Shown piece by piece: positions 26,140-35,296 of a stretch of 46,542 nucleotides of DNA. This DNA comes from Armatimonadota bacterium. GTDB taxonomy: Bacteria; Sysuimicrobiota; Sysuimicrobiia; Sysuimicrobiales; Segetimicrobiaceae. How positions within the stretch are numbered: the stretch's first letter is position 1; each line of letters opens with the position of its first letter. The DNA lies in assembly GCA_047519495.1 (NCBI GenBank), contig JAPVSX010000026.1, positions 1 to 46,542 on the forward strand. The letters are read 5' to 3'. A model generated the notes under the pieces. It saw only the letters and a program-made list of their open reading frames with translations, had not been told where the DNA came from and did no database searches. Made by a program: the position numbers and the translations under genes.

Positions 26140-27717
26140 CTAGCAGATTCTCGCGTCCTTGATGATGTTCGCGTCGTCTCCGCGGACGCCGACCCCGCAG
26201 ATGTTGGCGCGCGTCCCGCTGAACGACACGGCGGTCTGCAGGAGCAGGTAGGGGGCGTCCTGGGCCAGCAATTGCTGCAGCGCCTTGTAGTACCTCTCCC
26301 GGACCTTGGGGTCGATGCTGCTGCGCCCCTGCTCGATCAGGGCGTCGGCGCTCGGACTCGAGTAGCCGCCGTAATTGTTGAAGCCCTTGCTCCAGGTGAT
26401 CGCGGTGAACGTGCCGTCGGCATCCAGATTGCCGGGGGCCCAGGCGGTCATATAGAGATCCCACGTCTTGCTCCGGGCGACGACGGTGTTGTAGTGGGCC
26501 CAGTCGCCGGAGATGGAGACCTGAGGATCGAAGCCCACCGCCCGGAGGTAGCCGGCGACCGCCTGCACGATCTCGGCGTCGCCCGGCCACCGCCCCTGAG
26601 GGCCTTCGATGATGAGCCTTGTGCCGGGTCTGACGCCCGCTTCCGCCAGCAGTTGTCGGGCCTTTGGGGGATCGTAGTTGAACGTGAACGCCGGGTAGTA
26701 GTAGTCCATGGTGGCCCCGATGATCGAGCGCGCGCGCTGGCCGTAGCCGCTCAGGATCGACTTGATGATCGCCTCGACGTCCACCGCGTAGTTGAGCGCC
26801 CGCCGCAACCGGACGTCGGTCATCGGCGGCTTGCCCATCTGGAAGCAGAAGAACGTGGCGCGGATCGAGTTGGCCTGGATGACCCGGACTGCCTTGTTCT
26901 GCCGGAGGCGCGGTACGTCGGCGAGCGGCAGGACGGTGGCCACGTCGGCCTCGCCTTTCTCAAGCATGATCGAGCGCGTCGAGGGGTCGGGCACCGGCTT
27001 ATAGACGATCTGGCGGAAGTACGGCCGTGGACCCCACCATGCTTCATTGCGCTCGAGCAGCAGCTGCTCGCCCGGCGTCCACTCCACGAGTTTGTACATC
27101 CCGCCGCCGGCGTCCACCGGCCTGGAGAGGTCGTGGTTGCGCGCCTGGACCACCTGGGGGTTCAGGATCGCAAGCGCGATCTGGTGGCCCACGTTTCGGA
27201 GGATCGGCCCGAGCGGGTCCTTGGTGGTCAGCCGAACGGTGTAGGGATCCGGGGCCTCCACCCGGGTGATCGCCGCGAGATAGGTCTTGCTGAGCGAGGC
27301 GCCGGTGCCGGGGCCGATCGCCCGGTCGATCGTGAACTTGACGGCCTCGGACGTGACCGGGCTCCCGTCGTGGAACCTGGCGTCCTTCCGCATGTGGAAA
27401 GTCCAGGTCAGGCCGTCCGGGGAGGCCTCCCAGGAGGCCGCGAGCCAGGGTTTGATCGAGTTGTCGTAGTCCAGATAGACCAGGCGGTCGTACATGTCGG
27501 CCACGGCGACGATCGCGTCGATGCCGAGCGTCCGCTGCGGGTCGAAGGTCGGGATGTCCACGCTCTGCGCGACCACGAGCGTGTCCTTCGCCGGCGCCCC
27601 GGCTGCCGGGTCCGCCTCGAGCGCCGCGAGCAGGCCCCCCAGCGCGGTCGCTCCCGCCGAGCCGCCGAGCAACCTGAGCAGGTCCCTGCGTGTCAGCGCA
27701 GCGTGCTGGCGTTCCAT
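26140..27717 (-). CDS. Peptide/nickel ABC transporter substrate-binding protein (family 5), Tat-exported
   Basis: The start is MERQHAALTRRDLLRLLGGSAGATALG (ATG 27717), with GGAAGGAG 8 nt upstream. The body is typical of family-5 binding proteins. The extra upstream part of the track ORF is an Arg-rich extension. Confidence 0.9.
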   Translation of the reverse strand: MERQHAALTRRDLLRLLGGSAGATALGGLLAALEADPAAGAPAKDTLVVAQSVDIPTFDPQRTLGIDAIVAVADMYDRLVYLDYDNSIKPWLAASWEASPDGLTWTFHMRKDARFHDGSPVTSEAVKFTIDRAIGPGTGASLSKTYLAAITRVEAPDPYTVRLTTKDPLGPILRNVGHQIALAILNPQVVQARNHDLSRPVDAGGGMYKLVEWTPGEQLLLERNEAWWGPRPYFRQIVYKPVPDPSTRSIMLEKGEADVATVLPLADVPRLRQNKAVRVIQANSIRATFFCFQMGKPPMTDVRLRRALNYAVDVEAIIKSILSGYGQRARSIIGATMDYYYPAFTFNYDPPKARQLLAEAGVRPGTRLIIEGPQGRWPGDAEIVQAVAGYLRAVGFDPQVSISGDWAHYNTVVARSKTWDLYMTAWAPGNLDADGTFTAITWSKGFNNYGGYSSPSADALIEQGRSSIDPKVRERYYKALQQLLAQDAPYLLLQTAVSFSGTRANICGVGVRGDDANIIKDARIC

Positions 27718-27840
27718 CGCGCGTGCTCCTTCCGAGATGCCTCGTGGCGTGCCGATGACGCCTGCTTCGACCTGCCGCACACACGGCCCTGCCACGCGGC
27801 AGGAATCGGGCGCGGCGTGCGATAACGAATCTGCCGCGCA

Positions 27841-28101
27841 ATGCGAGTGGGGCTTGCCAGCGGATACGATGCGGGGATGAGCGTCCGCGAGATGGTGGAG
27901 TACGTCCGCCTCCGCAGTCCCGTGGTGATGGCGCAGGCGGTGGCGACGCTGGACGAACTGACCGGCGGCGCCAGCGGGATCCCCGACGAGGCGGTCCGCC
28001 GGGTGCACCGGTGTCGAAACGCCGGCGTCACGCTGCCGATTCTCCGGCCGGCCGCGCGCCACCAGACGGGACGCCTCATCGACCTGTTCGCGACCAGATA
28101 G
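27841..28101 (+). pseudogene. Possible C-terminal fragment of a luciferase-like (LLM/F420-dependent) oxidoreductase
   Basis: ...LDELTGGASGIPDEAVRRVHRCRNAGVTLPILRPAA... resembles the C-terminal module seen in LLM-class enzymes (G.PeeV..rl..yr.AGVt.pil.P). Only about 75-85 codons are present, and they lie in a divergent intergenic region. Confidence 0.3.
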
Positions 28102-28112
28102 GGAACCCCACC

Positions 28113-29033
28113 GTGCTCGCCTACGTCCTCCGGCGGATCTTGCGCATGATTCCGGTGGCGCTCGTCGTAGTGACCCTGGTGTTCCTCATGCTGCACCTGA
28201 TCCCCGGGGATCCGGCCCAGTTGATGCTCGACCCCTCCGCCACGCGTGAGGAAGTCGTGGCGCTGCGGCACCAGCTGAGCCTGGACCAGCCCCTCGCCGC
28301 CCAGTATTTCCGATTCCTGGACCATCTGCTCCACGGGAATATGGGCGTCTCGTTCAAGACCGGCCGGTCGGCTCTGGCCGACGCGTGGGCGCCGTTCCGG
28401 CACACCGTGGAACTGGCCGCGAGCAGCGTCGTCTTCGCCGGCCTCTTCGGGATTGGGCTCGGCGTGCTGGCGGGGGCGCGGCCCCGTTCCGCCGTGAGCC
28501 CTCTGACGATGGTGCTCGCGCTCCTCGGGGTGTCCGTCCCCACGTTCTGGCTCGGCCTCCTGCTGATCGTCGTCTTCTCGCTGAGGCTGGGCCTCCTGCC
28601 GACCGGCGGCGCCGGCTCGTGGGAGGCGCTCGTGCTCCCGACCGTCGCGCTCGGAACGTTCTCGCTCGGCGTGATCGCCCGGATCACGCGGGCCAGCGTC
28701 GTCGAGGTGATGCACACGGACTACGTGCGGACCGCCCGAGCGAAGGGCGCGCCCGAGCGGGCGGTGGTCCTCCGGCACGCGCTCAAGAACGCGCTCATCC
28801 CCGTGATCACCATCATGAGCCTCTCCTTCGGCTACGCGCTCGGCGGCGCCGTGGCGACGGAGACCGTCTTTGCCTGGCCGGGTCTCGGGCGCCACATCGT
28901 GGGGGCGATCCTGGCCCGGGACTACCCGGCGGTCCAGGCCGGGCTGTTCCTGTTCTCGGCGTCGTTCCTGGTGGTCAACCTGTTGATGGATCTCGCGTAT
29001 GCGCTGGCCGATCCGCGGATTACCTACCGCTAG
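28113..29033 (+). CDS. Peptide ABC transporter permease (DppB/OppB-like)
   Basis: The N-terminus VLAYVLRRILRMIPVALVVVTLVFLMLHLIPGDP is canonical for this family, and YVRTARAKG is also present. I took the start at GTG 28113. Confidence 0.9.
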   Translation: MLAYVLRRILRMIPVALVVVTLVFLMLHLIPGDPAQLMLDPSATREEVVALRHQLSLDQPLAAQYFRFLDHLLHGNMGVSFKTGRSALADAWAPFRHTVELAASSVVFAGLFGIGLGVLAGARPRSAVSPLTMVLALLGVSVPTFWLGLLLIVVFSLRLGLLPTGGAGSWEALVLPTVALGTFSLGVIARITRASVVEVMHTDYVRTARAKGAPERAVVLRHALKNALIPVITIMSLSFGYALGGAVATETVFAWPGLGRHIVGAILARDYPAVQAGLFLFSASFLVVNLLMDLAYALADPRITYR

Positions 29034-29123
29034 CCCGCCCCGTAAGCTCACGCGCGACTGTGCGGGAACCCCGGGCCCTTCCAACGAGCGATTACCCGGA
29101 CACGCACCTGCTGTGAGGACACT

Positions 29124-29957
29124 GTGACCCCGTGGCGCCGCTTCCTGCGCCATCGCGCCGCGCTGGCCGGCGGCGTGATCGTGGGGGCGTACGTCGTGCT
29201 GGCGGCCGCGGCGCCGTGGCTCGCCCCCTACGATCCCAGCCAGAACGACCTGGCGCTGCGGCTCCACCCACCGTCGCCCCAGCACCTGCTCGGGAACGAC
29301 GAGCTGGGCCGCGACATCCTCAGCCGGCTGTTCTGGGGCGCCCGTACGTCGCTCGGGATCTCGGTGGGCGCGGTCGCGTTCGCCGCTGCCGTCGGTGTGC
29401 CCCTCGGGCTCATCGCCGGCTACTTCGGCGGCTGGGCCGATGCACTGATCAGCGGCATGGTTGAGGTGTTGATGGCGTTCCCCGGCATCCTGCTGGCGCT
29501 GGCCGTCGTGGCCATCTTCGGGTTTGGGATCGCGAAGCTGACATTCGCGATCGGCTTCTACTCCGTGCCGACGATGGCGTGGCTCGCCCGCGGCAGCACG
29601 CTCGGCGTCGCCACCATGGAGTACGTCGAGGCGAGCCGCGCGCTCGGACAGCGGAACGGCCGGATCATGCGCCGGCACGTCCTGCCCAACATCCTGAGCC
29701 CGATCATTGTTCAGGGGACGCTGCGGCTGGCGACGGCTGTCCTGACCGCGTCCACGCTGAGCTTCCTGGGTCTGGGCGTGCAGCCGCCCGCGCCGGAGTG
29801 GGGCGCGATGATCGCGTCGTCGGTGGGCTACCTCCGCGTGGCGCCGCACGCGACCGTGATCCCGGGCATTGCGCTCATGCTGGTCGTCCTGGGCTTCAAC
29901 GTGGCCGGCGACGGCCTGCGCGACAGCCTGGATCCCGCGATGAAGCACCTCGGCTGA
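29124..29957 (+). CDS. Peptide ABC transporter permease (DppC/OppC-like)
   Basis: It carries APWLAPYDP, the LGNDELGRDILSRL motif and YVEASRALG. It starts at a GTG with GAGGA 5 nt upstream. Confidence 0.9.
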   Translation: MTPWRRFLRHRAALAGGVIVGAYVVLAAAAPWLAPYDPSQNDLALRLHPPSPQHLLGNDELGRDILSRLFWGARTSLGISVGAVAFAAAVGVPLGLIAGYFGGWADALISGMVEVLMAFPGILLALAVVAIFGFGIAKLTFAIGFYSVPTMAWLARGSTLGVATMEYVEASRALGQRNGRIMRRHVLPNILSPIIVQGTLRLATAVLTASTLSFLGLGVQPPAPEWGAMIASSVGYLRVAPHATVIPGIALMLVVLGFNVAGDGLRDSLDPAMKHLG

Positions 29958-30034
29958 CCGCACAGGGCGCACGGCAGTTTCCGAGAATACAGGAAACAGG
30001 ATCTCTCGCGTGAGCGAGCGGAGGTGCCCGTCCG

Positions 30035-31780
30035 GTGGCGACAGGGGTCGAGGCGGTGGTCAACGCGGTGCGCGCGGAACGGCTGGCGCGGGATCTCGAG
30101 TGGTTCTCGCAGGTGCGCCGGGACACCGGCGGTCCGGGTGAGCGCCGGGCGGCCGAATATATCGCCGAGCAATTGCGGGCGGCGGGCGCGCCCGCTCAGG
30201 TACACGAGCTCGACGCCTTTCTGAGTTACCCGATCCGGGCGACGCTCGAAGTGCTGACGCCGGAGCCCCGCCAGATCCGGTGCCTGACGCACTCCTTCGT
30301 CCGCCCGACCGGGCCCGCGGGCGCGATCGCCGACCTCGCGTACATCGAGGACGGCGATGTGAACCGGGCCGCCGGCCGCGCGGCGCTGATCGACGGCCTT
30401 GCGACCCCCGTGACGATCCTCCGCGCCAGCCGGGCCGGGTGCGCTGCGGTCATCTTCGCAAACCAGGACCGCGTGATCCACAACATGATCGGCACGACGA
30501 TCTGGGGGACCCCGGACCTGGACCAGATCGACCGCCTGCCGCAGCTCCCGGTGGTCTCCGTGACCACGGAGGGCGGCGAGATACTCCGCCGGCTGCTCGC
30601 GCAGGGCCGGGGCGTGACGGTCCGGATCGTTACCGAGGTCAAGACCGGCTGGGTCCGGTCCCTGCTGCCGGAGACGCGGATTCAAGGCACGCGCGAGCCG
30701 GAGAAGTTTGTGCTCGTCGGCGGCCACTACTGCTCATGGGATGTCGGGATCACCGACAACGCGACGGGCGACGCGTGCCTCCTCGAGCTCGCGCGCACAC
30801 TGTGGCAGCACCGCGCCGGGCTCGGCCGCAGTGTGCGCATCTGCTGGTGGCCCGGGCACTCCCACGGGAGGTACGCGGGGTCCACCTGGTACGCCGACAC
30901 GTTCTTTCAGGATCTCGCGGCCCACTGCATCGCGTATCACAACATTGACTCGCCGGGGGTCCGCGGGGCGACCCGGTACATCGCGCGTCACACGACCGCC
31001 GAGGTCGAACGGTTCTGCCGGGACGTCATCGCGCGCGTGACCGGCCAGCATGACGCGCCGATCCACCGGCCGTCGCGCTCCGCCGACCAGTCGTTCCTGG
31101 CGAACGGCGTCCCTGCGTTCTCGACGTATCCGTTCCTGCCGGACGACCACCCGGACCGCCGTCCTTGGACCGGGGGCGCGGCAAACGCGTGGTGGTGGCA
31201 CACCGAGTTCGACACGCTCGACAAGGCCGATACCGAGATCCTGGCGCTCGACACGCGCGTCTCGCTCACGGCGATTACCGAACTGGCGAACGCGCAGGTG
31301 CTGCCCATCAATCACGCCGACACGGGCCGGGAGATCCGCACGTTCGTGTCGCGGCTTCAAGAAACGGTGGGAACCCATCTCAGTCTGTCCGGACTCCTGG
31401 CCGGCGCCGACCGGTTCCTCGCCGCGGCGGAGCGGCTGGAGGCGGCGAAGAGCCAAGCCGCGGACGAGGCCTCGGCGCACCGGTTGAACGAGACCCTGAT
31501 GCGCCTCAGCCGGATCCTGACCCCGGTCATCTACAGCCGGAGCGGCCGGTTCCATCACGATCCGGCGGAGTGGTCGCCGATCATGCGGGCGACCGGCCAG
31601 TACACACTCCCCGGGCTCGGCGCGGCGTCCGGGTTGCCGAAACTGGCGGGCCAGTTCGCGTACGGATTCCTCCGCGCCCAGGTGATGCGGGAGGCCAACC
31701 GGGCCGGGGAGGCGCTGCGCGAGGCGGCGCGCCTCGCGGAGGAGACGGTGAGCGCGCTCGCGTCGCCGCGCGGGCGCTGA
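30035..31780 (+). CDS. PA-domain M28B-like protein, paralog of 24426-26102
   Basis: It has the same architecture and motifs as its paralog (GGHYCSWDVGITDNATGD, YHNIDSPG, WWWHTEFDTLDK). WWPGHSHGRYAGSTWY again occupies the EE position (HSH codons at 30857-30865). It starts at a GTG with GGAGGTG 8 nt upstream. Confidence 0.8.
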   Translation: MATGVEAVVNAVRAERLARDLEWFSQVRRDTGGPGERRAAEYIAEQLRAAGAPAQVHELDAFLSYPIRATLEVLTPEPRQIRCLTHSFVRPTGPAGAIADLAYIEDGDVNRAAGRAALIDGLATPVTILRASRAGCAAVIFANQDRVIHNMIGTTIWGTPDLDQIDRLPQLPVVSVTTEGGEILRRLLAQGRGVTVRIVTEVKTGWVRSLLPETRIQGTREPEKFVLVGGHYCSWDVGITDNATGDACLLELARTLWQHRAGLGRSVRICWWPGHSHGRYAGSTWYADTFFQDLAAHCIAYHNIDSPGVRGATRYIARHTTAEVERFCRDVIARVTGQHDAPIHRPSRSADQSFLANGVPAFSTYPFLPDDHPDRRPWTGGAANAWWWHTEFDTLDKADTEILALDTRVSLTAITELANAQVLPINHADTGREIRTFVSRLQETVGTHLSLSGLLAGADRFLAAAERLEAAKSQAADEASAHRLNETLMRLSRILTPVIYSRSGRFHHDPAEWSPIMRATGQYTLPGLGAASGLPKLAGQFAYGFLRAQVMREANRAGEALREAARLAEETVSALASPRGR

Positions 31781-31826
31781 GGCATGAGTGCGACGAGTGC
31801 AGCATCGCCGTCGGAAGGTGTTCGGG

Positions 31827-32735
31827 CTACGTGTGATTCGCGACGACCACGTTTCGGAGGACACCCACCCTCTCGATCTCAACCTCGACCACGTCCCCCG
31901 GCCTCAGCCAGAAGGAGGTCGGGTCGGGCTTCCGCCCCATGGCGACCCCCGCCGGCGTCCCAGTGAGGATGAGGTCGCCGGGGTCCAGCCGCAGCCTCGA
32001 CCAGTGGGCCACCATCTCGCGCACCGTGAAAATCATCTCCGCCGTCGAGTCCGACTGGCGCGTCTCGCTGTTGACCCGCAGCTCGAGGTGAAGGGCTTGC
32101 GGATCGGGGATCTCGTCCCGCAGCACCAGCCACGGGCCTAGGGGACAGAAGGTCGGAAAGTTCTTCCCCATGAGCGGGCTGCGCCCCCGGCTCCGTTCGC
32201 TCATCTGCCAGTCGCGGGCGCTGACGTCGTTCGCCGCGGTGTAGCCGGCGACGTAGTTCAGGGCGTCGTCTACGGAGACGTTGTGGGCCGTCCTGCCGAT
32301 CACGACCGCGAGCTCGCCCTCGTAGTCGAGCTGCTTCACGTCCGGCCAGGCCACGATCGGGTCTCCCGGACCGACGATGGCGCTCGCCAGCTTCACGAAC
32401 CCCTCGGCATACGGCGGCCTCGGGGACGCGGCCGTCGCCGTCTCTGCGCGGTGCTCTTCGTAGTTGAGGCCGGCGGCGAGGATCTTTCCCGGGCGGGCCA
32501 GGGGAGCCCGCAGCCGCACTTCCTCGATGGCGCGGACCGTCTTGCCGGATCTGGCCAGGTCGCGGGCGAGGGCGATCGCCGCCTCACCGCCTCGCAGGAA
32601 GTCCAGCATGTCATGGAAGTAGTCAGCGGCCCCCTCCCCCGCCGCCGCGGCGAGATCCACGAGCCGGTCGCGACCGGTCACCGCGGCGAGGCGCACCTGC
32701 GCGGACCCGGGCTGCGAGAACGCCGCAATCTTCAT
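31827..32735 (-). CDS. Fumarylacetoacetate hydrolase (FAH)-family hydrolase/isomerase/decarboxylase
   Basis: DYEGELAVVIG, NDVSARDWQ and LILTGTPAGV are present. ATG 32735 overlaps the upstream stop (ATGA). The extra N-terminus in the track ORF is spurious. Confidence 0.9.
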   Translation of the reverse strand: MKIAAFSQPGSAQVRLAAVTGRDRLVDLAAAAGEGAADYFHDMLDFLRGGEAAIALARDLARSGKTVRAIEEVRLRAPLARPGKILAAGLNYEEHRAETATAASPRPPYAEGFVKLASAIVGPGDPIVAWPDVKQLDYEGELAVVIGRTAHNVSVDDALNYVAGYTAANDVSARDWQMSERSRGRSPLMGKNFPTFCPLGPWLVLRDEIPDPQALHLELRVNSETRQSDSTAEMIFTVREMVAHWSRLRLDPGDLILTGTPAGVAMGRKPDPTSFWLRPGDVVEVEIERVGVLRNVVVANHT

Positions 32736-33274
32736 CGTCTGATCGAGGTCTGGCGATTGATGAGGAGCACCTGGCCGTTTTGGTTGCTGATCACGATCTT
32801 CATGCGGATGAAGACCATCGGTCCGCTGCGGCCGTTCTTCTGGTAGATGTCCTCGATCATGCTCTTGGCCCGCAGCCGGTCCCCGGGACGGGCCAGCGCC
32901 AGGCACTCGACGTCGTTCCCGCCGTTAAGGACCCGGTGGAGCGGCACGGGCGGTTCCGGGAGGCCGAAGCGCGGCATGAACGAGCCGCCGTGGTAGTGGG
33001 GGTCGTGAACGGCGGCGTCCAGCGGGTCCGGCGCGTTCGGGGGAAACCGGAAGGCATACATCGGGTACATCGGCGGCGCCACGACCCCGCCGTAACGCGT
33101 CGTCGCGGCGTACGCGTCGTCCCAGTACACCGGGTCGGGGTCCATCACGGCCTGGACGAAGCGCCGGATGGCCCCGCGCTCGACCTCGTCCCAGGCTTCC
33201 ATCTCGGCCTCCGTGCCGATCAGCGCCTTGATCTCCGGCGTGATGTAGTCGGGGTAGCTCGCCTGCTCCGCCAT
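32732..33274 (-). CDS. Hotdog-fold protein, MaoC N-terminal / FAS1-like dehydratase type
   Basis: It is 180 aa. The region IRRFVQAVMDPDPVYWD...LNGGNDVECLALARPGDRL is typical of the non-catalytic N-type hotdog half of two-part (R)-hydratases. Confidence 0.7.
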   Translation of the reverse strand: MAEQASYPDYITPEIKALIGTEAEMEAWDEVERGAIRRFVQAVMDPDPVYWDDAYAATTRYGGVVAPPMYPMYAFRFPPNAPDPLDAAVHDPHYHGGSFMPRFGLPEPPVPLHRVLNGGNDVECLALARPGDRLRAKSMIEDIYQKNGRSGPMVFIRMKIVISNQNGQVLLINRQTSIRR

Positions 33275-33302
33275 CGCACTGCTCCTCAGGCCTTGAACTT
33301 CT

Positions 33303-34439
33303 TCAGGCCTTGAACTTCTTCGCCTCGTCGATGATGGCCTTGAAGTTGAGACTGTTCATCGCGGGCACGAACTGTCGGGTGAAGTAGGCGTCCGGCGGCA
33401 GCGACTGCTTCAGCTGCTTGCCGCTGTACAGCAAATCCCGCATCGAGGCGATCATCTTGTCGCTGGCATCGCCCAGCAGCTCGATGTGGTCGAAGACCCG
33501 CTGCTTGAAGCGCATGAAGGGGACCCGGGCCTTCATCAGCTCCACGCCCTCTCGGACGGCGTCGGCGTCGCTCATCCCCGTCGACTTGGTGGCAGGATAG
33601 ACCTTGTAGTGCAGCTTGGTCAGCTCGGCGGGATCCGCCGCCGCCATGAAGATGAGCGACTTGGCCTGCGCACGGGCCATGGCGGTGATCAGGTCGGGGT
33701 CCTCCTGGATCGTCTTCACGAGCGTGTTGGTCGTGTGGGTGAAGCCGATGGACGGCATCGGGTCGGGGCGGAAGAAGCGGAACTGCGCCCCGAGGAATTC
33801 GAACTCCGCGAAGATGGAGTCCCACAGTCCCAGCGCCTGGACGCGCCCCTTCCTCAGCGCGTCCAGCGCGGGGATGCCGGTGCCGACGGCCAGGAACTCG
33901 ATGTCCTTGCCGGCGGTCCAGCCCTGCCTCTGGGCCACAGCGTGCAACACGAGGTCGGGAGCGCCCCCGATCGCGTTGACCCCGATCGTCTTGCCTCGGA
34001 GCTGGTCGACCGAGGTGATCGGGCTTTCCTTCAGGACGGCAATCGAGACGAAATAGTCGGGGATCTGGCAGATGAACCCCCTGACCGGCGCCCCCTTGTC
34101 GACGGCCTCGAAGAGACCGGCGGTGCCGTGGGAGGAGAACTGCGCCTGGCCGTTCGTCAGCAGGTTGATCGCGGCCGAGGCGCCGCCGACGGTCTGGACT
34201 TCGACCTCGATTCCTTCGTCCTTGTAATAGCCGAGCGCCTGCGGGACCGCGCCGAAGAACGCCGTGGTCACGTCCAGCGTCTGAACGCCATAGACCAGGA
34301 TGGCCCGCTTCGTCTTGGGGGCGGCCGACGCGCGCCGGACGGCGCCGCCGGAGGCCGCGAGCCCGCCCGCAGCCAACCCTCCCAGGGCGGTGCCGATCAC
34401 CTGCAGGAACTCCCTTCGGGTCCAGTGGCCATGCAACAT
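33303..34439 (-). CDS. NitT/TauT-family (NMT1/THI5-like) ABC substrate-binding protein, Tat-exported
   Basis: The start is MLHGHWTRREFLQVIGTALGG (ATG 34439), with GAGGGAGGGGGG 7 nt upstream. Confidence 0.85.
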   Translation of the reverse strand: MLHGHWTRREFLQVIGTALGGLAAGGLAASGGAVRRASAAPKTKRAILVYGVQTLDVTTAFFGAVPQALGYYKDEGIEVEVQTVGGASAAINLLTNGQAQFSSHGTAGLFEAVDKGAPVRGFICQIPDYFVSIAVLKESPITSVDQLRGKTIGVNAIGGAPDLVLHAVAQRQGWTAGKDIEFLAVGTGIPALDALRKGRVQALGLWDSIFAEFEFLGAQFRFFRPDPMPSIGFTHTTNTLVKTIQEDPDLITAMARAQAKSLIFMAAADPAELTKLHYKVYPATKSTGMSDADAVREGVELMKARVPFMRFKQRVFDHIELLGDASDKMIASMRDLLYSGKQLKQSLPPDAYFTRQFVPAMNSLNFKAIIDEAKKFKA

Positions 34440-34456
34440 CGAACGTCCCCCCTCCC

Positions 34457-35296
34457 TCAGGTCCGCGAACCTCCGAGCTCCGACGCGGCCGCCCACCCGA
34501 GCAGCCGCTGGCGCAGCAGCTGGATCCCGTAGTGGAAGACCAGGCCGGAGAGCGACAGGATGAAGATCGTGGCGAACACCCCCGCGGTATCCAGCTGGTT
34601 GCTCTCCTGGACGATGAGGTAGCCCATGCCCCGGTTAGCGCCGAGGAACTCGGCGACGATGGTGGCCAGCATGGAGAAGATGATCGACACGTTGGCGCCG
34701 GCCAGCAGGTAGGGCAACGCATTGGGCAGTTTGACGTACCAGAAGGTCTGCCCCCGCGAGGCGCGCAGCGAGCGCAGGAGCGCGATCTGCTCCTGGTTCA
34801 CGGTGGCCAGCCCGTGGACCATGTTGAGGAAGACGGGAAAGAAGGCCGAAAACGCCGCCAGCACGACCTTCGAGGCGATGCCGAACCCGAACCAGACGAT
34901 CACGATCGGGGCGAGGGCGATGCGCGGCATGGACTGGCCGGCCACCAGCAGCGGAGAGATCGTCCGTTCCAGGATCCAGACCTCGCTGACGAGCGTGGCG
35001 AGGATGAAGCCCAGCACGAGGGCGATCCCGAACCCGACCAGGGTCGCGTACATCGTGTAGGCGAAGTGCAGCGGGTAGAGGTGCCTGCCCCGCCACAGCG
35101 CCGCGGCGATGTCCGAGGGCGCGGGGATGTAGTAGACGGGGACGCGGGCCAGCACGACCAGGACCTGCCAGATCGCCAGGGTGGCGGCGATGGCGCCGAT
35201 GGCCCAGAAGAGCCTCGACTGCCGCAGGGCCGACCAAGCCAGCGCCTTCACCGCGGGGGCCGCCTTTGCGGCCCGCCGCAGCACGCCGGCTGTCAC
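34457..35296 (-). CDS. NitT/TauT-family ABC permease
   Basis: It has six TM segments and the EAA-like region LLRSLRASRGQTFWYVKLPNALP. It starts at a GTG in a GTGA overlap. Confidence 0.9.
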   Translation of the reverse strand: MTAGVLRRAAKAAPAVKALAWSALRQSRLFWAIGAIAATLAIWQVLVVLARVPVYYIPAPSDIAAALWRGRHLYPLHFAYTMYATLVGFGIALVLGFILATLVSEVWILERTISPLLVAGQSMPRIALAPIVIVWFGFGIASKVVLAAFSAFFPVFLNMVHGLATVNQEQIALLRSLRASRGQTFWYVKLPNALPYLLAGANVSIIFSMLATIVAEFLGANRGMGYLIVQESNQLDTAGVFATIFILSLSGLVFHYGIQLLRQRLLGWAAASELGGSRT

